Counted from the stretch's first letter, positions 9,948-20,060 are shown. The stretch: DNA of 64,000 nucleotides from a bacterium (GCA_965216635.1 OZ244188.1:1184001-1248000); one strand, 5' to 3'. Translations and numbers: made by a program. Notes: generated by a model not told the origin, from the letters alone.

Positions 9948-11276
9948 TTAACGAAAGCGCCAGATGAAATTTATGCTAATGGTGGCGGGATTTTTGATTT
10001 CTGCGGCTCGGTGGCGTCGCCCTCCGCTCACAGTCTTTGTAGTAGTGGTAGTCGTTGTTGTGCTCACTCCACTGGGAATCGTCGCAGTAACCACTATTCT
10101 AGTATCGTAGGAAGTTCTAGGATTATCTATTTCTATCGCAAAATAGTTATTTCCGTCATCACCACCTGACCGCTGCAGACCGAGGATGGCTCTCCTTTGT
10201 AAAGTAGGAGCAGTAGTAGTTAGAGCAGAAGTAGTAGTCGTAGGAGCAGCACTAATGATCTGGGTATCCTGCACCGCAAGATCCAGCCCTAGCCAAAATA
10301 AACCTACCTGGATCTGCAAGTTTTTTGTAACGGGATAATTGTAGGCAAAATGCAAGGCGGGGGCTGTGCCCGATGCCGAACCAAAAGAAGTGTTTAGCTT
10401 TGCGCTCGCTAAACCCCCTCCTACAGAAAGACCGTAGGGTAGAAAGTAACGGGCTAAAAGCACTTGGGCTTGCAGCTTGTCGTCTCCTGCGCTCCATTGG
10501 AGTTGGTTAAAAGACAAGGAGTATTTTTCAAAGTTAAAACCGACCGAGATTCCTGTTCCCTTGAGGTTTGAGGTTTCTTCTGTGATTTCTTCTGGTAGTG
10601 GTGTTGTGTCGTCTGAGACTGTGCGTGGCATTGAATTAGAAGAAGATAAACCAGACTCAAAAAAAGCTTTACAAAGAGGGGCTGCTGCAGCTTGACCCGT
10701 TGCTCCAGTGTCAATGGTTGTTGGCGTTGTATCTATTAAGAGTTGGCTTAGACCACTTGTTAAGTCTGTTGTTTCGTCGTAGCTCCTCAAATAGATGCTA
10801 TCTGGATCAAAGGTTGAGCCATCTACTACATCTCCTTCCGTTATTATGGGTATTGCACCGTTCTGACACAAGGATATAGCGTCTGCTGTTGCAGCATTAG
10901 CAACTGCTAGGCGGTTGTGTGCGGCACTCCCAAACCTCCCTGTGTGTATGTTATCTAAATAAAAATTAGGCACAGTGGCGTCGTAGATAGTAGCAGCTAC
11001 ATTCTCAGTTACTAATTCGCTTACTTGTGTCCTTTCCTCACTTGTTATCCTGCTTGTTTTTTTGAGTTTTACATCCATCACAAAAGGACTAACCCCCACA
11101 AACCAACCCTGCTCTCTCTCCTGTGCCTGTAAATTTCCTACCCCTGCTACAAGAGAAAAAAGCAAACCTACGAAAAACACACCCATAAACGAGCCAGCAC
11201 CCGATCCAGTAAAATTTTTACCAGTAATTTTACCTGTAATATTACCAGTAATTTTATTTGTAATTTTATTTGACAT
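9948..11276 (-). CDS. Outer-membrane beta-barrel protein, paralog 2
   Basis: Scaffold nearly identical to 7382-8752; loop tips divergent. Confidence 0.8.
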   Translation of the reverse strand: MSNKITNKITGNITGKITGKNFTGSGAGSFMGVFFVGLLFSLVAGVGNLQAQEREQGWFVGVSPFVMDVKLKKTSRITSEERTQVSELVTENVAATIYDATVPNFYLDNIHTGRFGSAAHNRLAVANAATADAISLCQNGAIPIITEGDVVDGSTFDPDSIYLRSYDETTDLTSGLSQLLIDTTPTTIDTGATGQAAAAPLCKAFFESGLSSSNSMPRTVSDDTTPLPEEITEETSNLKGTGISVGFNFEKYSLSFNQLQWSAGDDKLQAQVLLARYFLPYGLSVGGGLASAKLNTSFGSASGTAPALHFAYNYPVTKNLQIQVGLFWLGLDLAVQDTQIISAAPTTTTSALTTTAPTLQRRAILGLQRSGGDDGNNYFAIEIDNPRTSYDTRIVVTATIPSGVSTTTTTTTTKTVSGGRRHRAAEIKNPATISINFIWRFR

Positions 11277-11742
11277 TTTATTTTTTAATTTAAATTAAAC
11301 ATAAGAAAATATAGATCTAAAATCTATCTAAAAACCTTATAATATTATAATTCTCCTTTGAAGTCAATACTAAAAAAGATATTTTCACCTTAAAAATATT
11401 CAAATTCTACCTAAAAACATCATAGCAATCAAACTTATTTTGGCAAATTCTATCTAAAAACCTTATAATAATCAAATTTATTTTGGCAAATTCTCTTTTT
11501 AAAGTCAATACCCCAAAAAAGAAAAACCCAAATAAAAAAACAAGTGCATTGCAGGGGACATTTTTTTACAAAGTAAAAATGTGTCCCCGTTCTTAAATAA
11601 GATGTTTTGGTGGAATGCGGGGACACATTTTTTTCCCAAAATGGTTGAATAAGCAAAAAAAATGTCCTCCAGGTTGGGGGAAAAAAAATATCCCCTCGCC
11701 AAAATACATTTTGCAGCTAAGCTAAACTTTTCTGCTACTTTA

Positions 11743-12624
11743 TTAACTCAAAACTTTTAAAAGCTGTAATACAGCCACAACCAGCCCACCAACTGCTAGC
11801 TGTGTTGAAATTCCTATAATCAATAGAGCGTTTTTGTGTTTTTCTGCTTCTGTTCTCATTCTTTCTATTTTTAAGTCTGTATCGTTTTTGCTGTCTGTTA
11901 TTGTTCTGTCTGTATCGTTTTTATTTTTTGTTATTGTTTTTTCTAGGTCGCTTTTGCTTTCTACGATTTTACTCTCAATATCTTTCAGTTTTAAGTCTGT
12001 AGCGTTATTGCTGTCTACGATTTTACTCTCGATATCTTTCAGTTTTAAGTCTGTAGCGTTACTGCTGTCTACGATTTTACTCTCAATATCTTTCAGTTTT
12101 AAGTCTGTAGCGTTATTGCTGTCTACGATTTTACTCTCAATATCTCTCAGTTTTAGGTTTGTTTCGTTTTTGTTGTCTGTTATTATTTTTTCTAGGTCGT
12201 TTCTGTTGTCTATTATACTTTTTTCTAGTTCGTTTCTGTTTTTTGTTATTATTTTTTCTAGGTCGTTTCTGTTGTCTGTTATTATTTTTTCCAGGTCGTT
12301 TCTGTTGTCTGTTATTATTTTTTCCAGGTCGTTTCTGTTGTCTGTTATTATTCTGTCTGTATCGTTTTTGTTGTCTGCTATTATTCTTATCAAGTCGGTT
12401 TTGTTATCTGAAATGATGGATTCCAATCTCCAGATATCCCCTTTATCCGTAGGAAGAGTGGTATCCAAACCCGTTTCTGTTGTACTAGAAGCCAAAGCTT
12501 TTGGGACCAGCTCTACAAACTCTCCAATAGCAATCTCTGCTCTCTTTTTTTCTGCACCTAGTCCAATCAAAAGATCGTAGATTTTGGTAGAAGTGAATTT
12601 TTGTGCTGTAGCTGTTCTTAACAT
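11743..12624 (-). CDS. Bdr/DUF1640-like coiled-coil repeat protein, paralog 2
   Basis: Same N- and C-termini as paralog 1; 5 x 11-aa and 4 x 18-aa repeats. Confidence 0.8.
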   Translation of the reverse strand: MLRTATAQKFTSTKIYDLLIGLGAEKKRAEIAIGEFVELVPKALASSTTETGLDTTLPTDKGDIWRLESIISDNKTDLIRIIADNKNDTDRIITDNRNDLEKIITDNRNDLEKIITDNRNDLEKIITKNRNELEKSIIDNRNDLEKIITDNKNETNLKLRDIESKIVDSNNATDLKLKDIESKIVDSSNATDLKLKDIESKIVDSNNATDLKLKDIESKIVESKSDLEKTITKNKNDTDRTITDSKNDTDLKIERMRTEAEKHKNALLIIGISTQLAVGGLVVAVLQLLKVLS

Positions 12625-12887
12625 TTTATTTTTAAATAGTTTCTATAGTTGGTTGTTTTATTTTACTGTCTTATTTTAGCAAATGTTCCTTTAAAGTCAA
12701 GTCCCCCAAAAAATAAAAAGATAAAGAGAAAAAACTAAATAAAAAAACCATACTATTTTTTCTCTATTTGAAATTTGTCCAACTTTAGCATTATTAGAAA
12801 GGCACGCCTCCTGAGAAGATACCAGCAAAAAAATATCCCCTCGCCAAAATACATTTTGCAGCTAAGCTAAACTTTTCTGCTACTTTA

Positions 12888-13628
12888 TTAACTCAAAACT
12901 TTTAAAAGCTGTAATACAGCCACAACCAGCCCACCAACTGCTAGCTGTGTTGAAATTCCTATAATCAATAAAGCGTTTTTGTGTTTTTCTGCTTCTGTTC
13001 TCATTTTTTCTATTTTTAAGTCTGTAGCGTTATTGCTGTCTACGATTTTACTCTCAATATCTTTCAGTTTTAAGTCTGTAGCGTTATTGCTGTCTACGAT
13101 TTTACTCTCAATATCTTTCAGTTTTAGGTTTGTTTCATTTTTGTTGTCTGTTATTATTTTTTCTAGGTCGCTTCTGTTTTTTGTTATTATTTTTTCTAGG
13201 TCGTTTCTGTTTTTTGTTATTATTTTTTCTAGGTCGTTTCTGTTGTCTGTTATTATTTTTTCTAGGTCGTTTCTGTTGTCTGTTATTATTTTTTCCAGGT
13301 CGTTTCTGTTGTCTGTTATTATTTTTTCCAGGTCGTTTCTGTTGTCTGTTATTATTCTGTCTGTATCGTTTTTGTTGTCTGCTATTATTCTTATCAAGTC
13401 GGTTTTGTTATCTGAAATGATGGATTCCAATCTCCAGATATCCCCTTTGTCCGTAGGAAGAGTGGTATCCAAACCCGTTTCTGCTGCACTAGAAGCCAAA
13501 GCTTTTGGGACCAGCTCTACAAACTCTCCAATAGCAATCTCTGCTCTCTTTTTTTCTGCACCTAGTCCAATCAAAAGATCGTAGATTTTGGTAGAAGTGA
13601 ATTTTTGTGCTGTAGTTGTTCTTAACAT
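12888..13628 (-). CDS. Bdr/DUF1640-like coiled-coil repeat protein, paralog 3
   Basis: Near-identical termini; 6 x 11-aa and 2 x 18-aa repeats; lacks a 22-aa block present in the other two. Confidence 0.8.
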   Translation of the reverse strand: MLRTTTAQKFTSTKIYDLLIGLGAEKKRAEIAIGEFVELVPKALASSAAETGLDTTLPTDKGDIWRLESIISDNKTDLIRIIADNKNDTDRIITDNRNDLEKIITDNRNDLEKIITDNRNDLEKIITDNRNDLEKIITKNRNDLEKIITKNRSDLEKIITDNKNETNLKLKDIESKIVDSNNATDLKLKDIESKIVDSNNATDLKIEKMRTEAEKHKNALLIIGISTQLAVGGLVVAVLQLLKVLS

Positions 13629-13641
13629 TTTATTTTTATAA

Positions 13642-13985
13642 GGTTTTTTGAATTTGCGTTCTGTTTAGCCAAAACAAGCTTATTGCTTGACTCTTTTTAT
13701 GGGCTATTTGTGAAACAGCCAAAGGGCTGTTTCACAGTTCATTCTTGCTTAATGCAAGGTCTATAGTATTTTTTACTACGCCATTAAAAAAAATTTTTAA
13801 CTCTTGAAATACTCTCTTATTGCTATCTATTTCATAAGGGTTATAGCAAAAGCTCCACTGGAGCTTTTGCATTTTATTTATACAGGATATTAAATTTTGT
13901 AGAATTTTTGTTCTACGATATTCCAGCGAGCTAAAAATTTTTTTCGCCTTGCCTAGCCGTCACATAACGCAAATTCAAATATCTA
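13642..13985. mobile_element. Composite MITE-like element with internal palindromes
   Basis: TTTGAATTTGCGTT ... AACGCAAATTCAAA ends; internal hairpins GTGAAACAGCC-AAAG-GGCTGTTTCAC and GCAAAAGCTCC-ACT-GGAGCTTTTGC. Confidence 0.6.
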
Positions 13986-14210
13986 TAAAAGTTTCTATAG
14001 TTGGTTGTCTTATTTTAGCAAATGTTCCTTTAAAGTCAAGTCCCCAAAAAATAAAAAGGCAACCAAAAGATAGACAAAAAGGTGAAAATAAAAACAAAAA
14101 GAGAAAAATCACAAAAAACTAAATAAATAAACTACCTTATTTAGATTTTTGAATTTGCCAAATAGAACAAAACTAAATGTGACGGCAGATCGTCTTTTTG
14201 CTTTTTAGTT

Positions 14211-15002
14211 TTATAGCAGGCTTTTGCTGAAAAAATCAATAATAGTTTTATTAAAAGAATTTTGTTTTTCAAGATGGGCATTGTGATAACAGTTTTCAAA
14301 TATAATAAATTTTGAATTATGGATTTTTTGGTGAAGTTTTTGTAGACGATGGGGAGCGTAGGTTCTATCTTTTGCAGCAGCTATAATTAAAGTATCATTA
14401 TTGATTTTATTTATTTGCTCGTCAAGATCAAAGGATTTCATTGCTTCAAGGGCATTGATAATATTTTTTATAGAAATTTCACCACCGCACTCTAGGCAAT
14501 TTTTAAAATATTTGTCTTTATCTCCTTTCTGAAACCAAGTTTTACAACAGTTGTATCTTGTTGCTGCAATACCATTTTTTATAAACTTTTCTTTAGTCTT
14601 ATCAAAACTTTCAAATCTTTCTGGTAGATTGCCTGAAGAATTTGTAGCGTAGAGTATTAATTTTTTGATTTTATGAGAATCTAGTAGTGCCATTTGCAAA
14701 GCAACCATACCTCCCATTGAATGTCCTAAAAGATGGTAACGGGATATTTTTAGTTGCTTAATCGTTTGAATGACCTGTAAAGCTATTTCATAGATACTGT
14801 TGGGTGTTGTTACTAAATTGCTCTTCGCAAAACCTGGTAAATCAATGGTGATGATATTGATAGATTTTGACAGTATAGATTTTGATAGTGTTTTGATATT
14901 GGGAGCGAATAAATCTCCTCCACATAAAAAGCCATGTAGCATAATCAAGGCAATGCCATCTTGTGCCTTATATTTACACGTATATTTTTTATAGGCTAGC
15001 AT
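14211..15002 (-). CDS. Alpha/beta hydrolase
   Basis: LHGF, DLPGF, GHSMGG nucleophile elbow, C-terminal His (CYHNAH). Confidence 0.9.
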   Translation of the reverse strand: MLAYKKYTCKYKAQDGIALIMLHGFLCGGDLFAPNIKTLSKSILSKSINIITIDLPGFAKSNLVTTPNSIYEIALQVIQTIKQLKISRYHLLGHSMGGMVALQMALLDSHKIKKLILYATNSSGNLPERFESFDKTKEKFIKNGIAATRYNCCKTWFQKGDKDKYFKNCLECGGEISIKNIINALEAMKSFDLDEQINKINNDTLIIAAAKDRTYAPHRLQKLHQKIHNSKFIIFENCYHNAHLEKQNSFNKTIIDFFSKSLL

Positions 15003-15046
15003 TGAAAATTTTTAAGAGTAGGGGCGGGTATAGCTCGTACTTTGGT

Positions 15047-16099
15047 CTAGGATTGGGCTGATTTAAATTTTTGGTAGACTTCTTCAGTCGTTTTTGCAGG
15101 ATCAATAAAACTATCTAGATAACCCGAAATTGCTTGGGCTCCGCCCGTATGTAAGAATACTATTACTTGATTTTTTTCAAAATAATTTTTCCGTACTAAA
15201 TCTATTAAACCCGCAAAACCTTTTCCTGAATAAACTGGATCTAGTAAAATACCTTCTGATTTTGCTAAAATCTCAATGGCTTCTATTGTGCTTGGGGTGG
15301 GAAATCCATACCCTTCTCCAATATAATCACAATTGATAACAATATCATCTGCAATGATTTTTTGTTCAATCTGGAGATGTTGTGCCGTCTCTATAGCACA
15401 TTTTAAAACTTTATCTTGTTGGGCTTGATAAGGAGCATTAACACCTATACCTAAAACTGGAATTTTTGCGTTCATAGCCTTAATACCAGTCACTAGACCT
15501 GCTTGTGTTCCCGCAGAACCAGTAGCATGCACAATCATATCTATTTTCAACCCTAACCTATTTGCTTGATTGACTAATTCAAAAGCAGCCTGTGCGTAAC
15601 CTAGTGCGCCTATAGCATTGGAACCTCCTCCAGGGATAACATAAGCATTTTGTTTGTTATCCATTTTTAATTTTTTTGCTAATGCTTCCATTTCTTTTTG
15701 CATATCTGTGCCTTTGGGGTATTTTTCCATAGTTGCACCAAATAGATAATCCAGCAAAACATTCCCATTGAGTAAGTGGTTTCTTTCTTCTATTTTGGTG
15801 CGATTTTCAAATAAAACATAGCACTTTAGGTTATATCTTGCAGCAATAGCGGCTGTTTGCTTGACATGATTGGATTGAATAGCCCCTTGTGTAATGATAG
15901 TATCTGCTTTTTTTTGCAGCGCATCTGCTATAAGAAATTCTAGTTTTCTAGTTTTATTGCCGCCACCAGCCAGTCCTGTGCAATCGTCCCGCTTGATCCA
16001 TACTTGTGGTCCTGCCATTTTTTTGGAAAAATGTTCTAGTTTTTCAAGCGGAGTTGGTAAGTGGGCAAAAAATAACCTCGGGTATTTTGAAAAGTGCAT
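15047..16099 (-). CDS. cuyA: PLP-dependent L-cysteate sulfo-lyase / D-cysteine desulfhydrase family
   Basis: AHLPTPLE, IKRDDCTG..GGNKTRKLEFL, QSNH, PGGGSN, HATGSAGTQAGL, LDPVYSGK, FLHTGG. Overall most like roseobacter CuyA as recalled; substrate not certain. Confidence 0.75.
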   Translation of the reverse strand: MHFSKYPRLFFAHLPTPLEKLEHFSKKMAGPQVWIKRDDCTGLAGGGNKTRKLEFLIADALQKKADTIITQGAIQSNHVKQTAAIAARYNLKCYVLFENRTKIEERNHLLNGNVLLDYLFGATMEKYPKGTDMQKEMEALAKKLKMDNKQNAYVIPGGGSNAIGALGYAQAAFELVNQANRLGLKIDMIVHATGSAGTQAGLVTGIKAMNAKIPVLGIGVNAPYQAQQDKVLKCAIETAQHLQIEQKIIADDIVINCDYIGEGYGFPTPSTIEAIEILAKSEGILLDPVYSGKGFAGLIDLVRKNYFEKNQVIVFLHTGGAQAISGYLDSFIDPAKTTEEVYQKFKSAQS

Positions 16100-16100
16100 A

Positions 16101-18482
16101 TTAAGTTCTAGGTTTTTCTCTTTTTGGGTCTATAAATGGTATTGGTGTTGTCTTGCATTTTAAGCGTTTTTGAAAACCATCCAATTTACCTATTTCTAGT
16201 TTATTATTTTCTTGGCAAAGACTTTTCTCAATTCTTGTTAAGGCAATAGTTTTCCCTAATTGATGGGATCGGGTAGCACTTGTTATAACGCCTACTTGCT
16301 TTCTATCAAGATAAACAGTATCACCATGCATAGGAACTTCATTTCCTTCCAAAATAAGCCCGTATAAATTGTATCTTTGATTGTTTTGTTGTTTTTCAAT
16401 GGCGAGCTTTCCAATAAAGTTTTCTTTCTTGCAATCAACGGCAAAACTCAAGTTTGCTTCTGCGGGTAAAACAGTGCCTCCAAAATCGTAACCAGCAACC
16501 ATTAAACCAGCCTCAATTCTAATAGAATTGAGCGCACTCGTTCCCATTGGAGTCAAGCCTTGTGTTTTTCCAGCCTTCATTAAAATATCCCAAATTTGAA
16601 CTGCATCTTTTTGTGCACAAAAAATTTCATAGCCTAACTCTCCTGTAAAACCTGTACGAGATAAGAAAAAAGGAATACCTTGGTTATCGTAAAAACGACC
16701 AATCAAACTACCGAACCATTTTAGATTTTTAAAACTTGGTTGATTGGGTAGCGTGTAAATAATATCTTTTAAAAGATTATAACTATTAGGTCCTTGAATA
16801 GCAAGATTACAAAGTTGTTTCGACATATTACGAATCCACGCATTCAAATTTTTTTCTTGGGCTACTTTTTTTAATTGATAAGCAGACTCATCACTACCAC
16901 AACACCATCTCAATAGGTTATCCGACAAGCGAAATAAGGTACCATCATCAATAATGGAACCAAATTCATTACACAGCAATGCATAAATGGCTCTATTAGA
17001 AGATAGTTTCTTTACATTACGGGTAATACATAAATCAAGCAGTTCTTCGGCATCTTCTCCATAAATATCAAGAATACGAAGATTGGACATATCTTGAATA
17101 ATAGCAGCGTTTTTACAAGCCCAATACTCTTCTGCTGCACCTGTGCCTTCATAATGAGAAACATTCCAATAAGGAGCTGCTGCGGTAAATTGTTTTGTTA
17201 ACCGACTTGTTCTTGGATAAAATGGACTTTCTTTTGACATTTGTAAAATAGATTGTGGGTATGGACGATAGCCAATAGATTTTTTAGGTTGTGATAAACT
17301 TGAATAGATACGCACTAAAACATCTGTAGGGTTCCATCCGTTAATAGGATCAATATCATCAGGACAAGCTGTGCTGACGCAAACTAAATCAGTAAGTGCT
17401 TTCAGTAAAACATAATCACCCGCTCTTGACCAAGCAGTATCGGATTGCAATTGATTGTTTGTGGGTAATATCCATGTATTAAAGAAAAAATTAATGGCGG
17501 GCCAACCTTTCTTAGGCGCAATACTATAATCCAAAAAAACATTAGATATATTATCTGAGCAATTCACATGTCCCGGAAAACCTCTATCTTCATAACCTTT
17601 CGCAGTACATGCAAATCCAAAAGTATCATGACGACCTACAGTATCTTGGACGACCTCAAGTAGTGGCACAAAATCTTGATCAAAAAATTTACTGAATAAT
17701 CCCGGCATTGGATAAGCTCCTCTAACTAACGAGCGAGTGACTGTTGAATCGATGTATCTTTCTTTTCCTTGATCCAATGAATGCGCATTCACTGCCATAA
17801 AATCAGAGCATTGCTGTCCTGCAAAATCAATAATTTGAATGCATTCACCTTTTTTAATTTCATAAGCTTTTGCTGTAGCGCGATTGACTAAAAATTCATC
17901 TTTGACTTGTCCTATGTAATCGGGTAAAGGAGGTAAGGAATGCTCTTCTTTTTGTACTTTTACTTTATAGCAACATAAATCTTCTCCTAAAATCACGGAT
18001 TCAAGATTAGAAATTGGAAATAAAAGAATAAGCAACAAATAATCGGTTGCCTGCAAAACAATCATTGGATTTTGTGTATTATCATTAAGCACTAAATCTA
18101 CTTTAATAAATTCTAGTTGCTCAAAATCCACCGATCTTGCTTTTAATTTTTCTTTAATTTCATTCAAATGATAAGAATCAGTTTTTGGCTGGATCAGTCT
18201 ACTCTTTTTCAATCCTAAAGATTGTAGACAAGAAATATTTTGATTGGATAAAGTAGCTAGATAAAAACCAGATAAAGAAGAAAAGCTCTCTATGGATTCA
18301 GAACTAATCTGGATTAAGTCCCCTTTTTGAATTGTAATAGCAAGCGCATTGCCAGAAAAGGTTTCGTAATTTTGTTGATCGGATATTTGATAATGCCCTG
18401 GATAAAGAGCCGAATTCACATTAAGCCCACCAAATTTTGGAACGTTTATAATTTCCTGTAATTGTGGTGATGGTTGTATCAT
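16101..18482 (-). CDS. DUF1989 + GcvT aminomethyltransferase fusion (TMAO demethylase Tdm-like)
   Basis: QCSDF, QDTVGRHDTFGFAC, GHVNCSDN, SRAGDYVLLKA..DLVCVSTACPDD, then GcvT motifs (DDGT, RTGFTGELGYE, RIEAG). Confidence 0.85.
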   Translation of the reverse strand: MIQPSPQLQEIINVPKFGGLNVNSALYPGHYQISDQQNYETFSGNALAITIQKGDLIQISSESIESFSSLSGFYLATLSNQNISCLQSLGLKKSRLIQPKTDSYHLNEIKEKLKARSVDFEQLEFIKVDLVLNDNTQNPMIVLQATDYLLLILLFPISNLESVILGEDLCCYKVKVQKEEHSLPPLPDYIGQVKDEFLVNRATAKAYEIKKGECIQIIDFAGQQCSDFMAVNAHSLDQGKERYIDSTVTRSLVRGAYPMPGLFSKFFDQDFVPLLEVVQDTVGRHDTFGFACTAKGYEDRGFPGHVNCSDNISNVFLDYSIAPKKGWPAINFFFNTWILPTNNQLQSDTAWSRAGDYVLLKALTDLVCVSTACPDDIDPINGWNPTDVLVRIYSSLSQPKKSIGYRPYPQSILQMSKESPFYPRTSRLTKQFTAAAPYWNVSHYEGTGAAEEYWACKNAAIIQDMSNLRILDIYGEDAEELLDLCITRNVKKLSSNRAIYALLCNEFGSIIDDGTLFRLSDNLLRWCCGSDESAYQLKKVAQEKNLNAWIRNMSKQLCNLAIQGPNSYNLLKDIIYTLPNQPSFKNLKWFGSLIGRFYDNQGIPFFLSRTGFTGELGYEIFCAQKDAVQIWDILMKAGKTQGLTPMGTSALNSIRIEAGLMVAGYDFGGTVLPAEANLSFAVDCKKENFIGKLAIEKQQNNQRYNLYGLILEGNEVPMHGDTVYLDRKQVGVITSATRSHQLGKTIALTRIEKSLCQENNKLEIGKLDGFQKRLKCKTTPIPFIDPKREKPRT

Positions 18483-18536
18483 ATTTGCAGTATTAAATAA
18501 AATTCAAAGACAACTATAAAACCCTAAAGTCTCTCA

Positions 18537-20060
18537 CTATTTTCTTCTACCACGCATTACACTATTCAAAATGAGTGCGCAAAATAATATAGAGAATCCA
18601 GCTAAAATTCCTTGACCAACAGAAGCATATTGTAAGGCTTCTAAGATATCTTCACCAAGACCTTTCGCACCAATTAACGAAGCTACAACAACCATTGCTA
18701 AACTGAGCATCACGGTCTGATTGATTCCTGCTAGTATTGATGGTGCTGCTAAAGGAAGATCTACTTTTCTTAATAAATACCATTTTGATGCTCCGTATGA
18801 AATGGCTGCTTCTCTAACAGAATCAGGCACTCCTTGTATCCCCAACACTGTCAAGCGGACAACTGGTGTGCCGCCAAATATCATTGTAATTACAACGGCT
18901 GCTGGTTTGCCCGTACTAAAAAAAGCAATGACAGGAATCATAAAAACAAAGGATGGCATTGTCTGCATAAAATCCATAATGGGCCTAATAATAGCGTAAA
19001 ATCTTGGTCTTCTAGCACAATAAACGCCTAGTGGAATACCCAACGAAATACTAATACAGGCTGCTGTACCAAGAAGAGCAAGCGTTGTCATTGCTTTTTC
19101 CCAAAAACCAAATAAACCAATGTAAAGTAAAAATATTGAAGTGAAAATTGCAGATTTTTTACCAGCTGTCAAGGCTACCAATAAAATGATAAAACTGGCA
19201 ATTACAATCCATGGTGTTCCCACAAAAACCAGTTCTAACCAATCCAAAACTACGCGAATAGCAAACCGAATGGAATCAAATAAAATTTCACCATAAAGTG
19301 TTGTAGCATCAAAAAAATTTTTAATAGCTTCTGTTCCAGTTAAACGAATATTTGCATCAGTAGGAAATTGAGCAAACCATTTAACTTGATCGGGAAAACT
19401 ATAGTGAATAGAACAAGCGATATAAACAGTGATCGCAAAAATAAGACTAGTGATAAGTCTTGAAAATAAAATGGAGTGAGCCAATGTTCTATCAGAAAGC
19501 CAATTAGAAAATTGTTTCTCAAGTTGCATATTTGCCGTCAAACCCGCAATGCCTTTAATAAGCAACATTAATAGAAAACCAAAAACAGCTACCCAGATTG
19601 CTGAATCTTCAATTTGCTGTGCTTCTGCACGTATAGAACCAATGGAATTTTCTAGCGCTTCAATTGCTCTTTTAAAAACTGCAATATTGTCAGCGTTGCT
19701 TTCTATAGCTTCTTGAAGTTGTGTTCTACGCAATTCAAGGGTGAACTCAATGGCTTTGATTTGTTCTCTCGCACCGGCTGCAATATCTCCAAAAATACCC
19801 CGTGTAATTTGAACAAAAGCAAAAGTTTCTAGGATAATAAAAACAAGACACCAATTCCAAATTCCTCGCATACCAAACCAAATGGGTCCCAATAAAGCAG
19901 CAAATAAATTAAAACTCCAAACAAATTTGGAAGTCGCATTGATACGTTGAAACTGTGTTGCGTAGTATTCGCTATTTTTACCAACAAACTTTTTTAGTAA
20001 TTTATTTTGTTCTTTTTGGTACATTGTCTTTGCAGTAGGTCTCATTTGGCGTTTTGGCAA
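18537..20060 (-). CDS. Betaine/proline-type ABC permease (ProW-like) with N-terminal DUF2628-like extension
   Basis: DFMQTMPSFVFMIP, EAA motif, AGINQTVMLSLAMVVVASLIGA; N-terminal SFNLFAALLGPIWF. Confidence 0.9.
   Translation of the reverse strand: MPKRQMRPTAKTMYQKEQNKLLKKFVGKNSEYYATQFQRINATSKFVWSFNLFAALLGPIWFGMRGIWNWCLVFIILETFAFVQITRGIFGDIAAGAREQIKAIEFTLELRRTQLQEAIESNADNIAVFKRAIEALENSIGSIRAEAQQIEDSAIWVAVFGFLLMLLIKGIAGLTANMQLEKQFSNWLSDRTLAHSILFSRLITSLIFAITVYIACSIHYSFPDQVKWFAQFPTDANIRLTGTEAIKNFFDATTLYGEILFDSIRFAIRVVLDWLELVFVGTPWIVIASFIILLVALTAGKKSAIFTSIFLLYIGLFGFWEKAMTTLALLGTAACISISLGIPLGVYCARRPRFYAIIRPIMDFMQTMPSFVFMIPVIAFFSTGKPAAVVITMIFGGTPVVRLTVLGIQGVPDSVREAAISYGASKWYLLRKVDLPLAAPSILAGINQTVMLSLAMVVVASLIGAKGLGEDILEALQYASVGQGILAGFSILFCALILNSVMRGRRK

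Noticed and set aside
7382..11276. Diversity-generating retroelement behind the OMP variation
   Set aside because: There is no reverse transcriptase in the window. Differences include indels and all base types, and no adenine-specific template/variable pair was seen.
9310..13380. 33-bp and 54-bp repeats as a CRISPR array or iterons
   Set aside because: They are head-to-tail with no spacers and encode coiled-coil repeats.
9165..13584. Long plus-strand ORFs (9165-9716, 11834-12580, 12979-13584) and similar shadows at 6254, 37100, 45073, 56511 and 58308
   Set aside because: These are antisense or alternate-frame shadows of repetitive or conserved genes.
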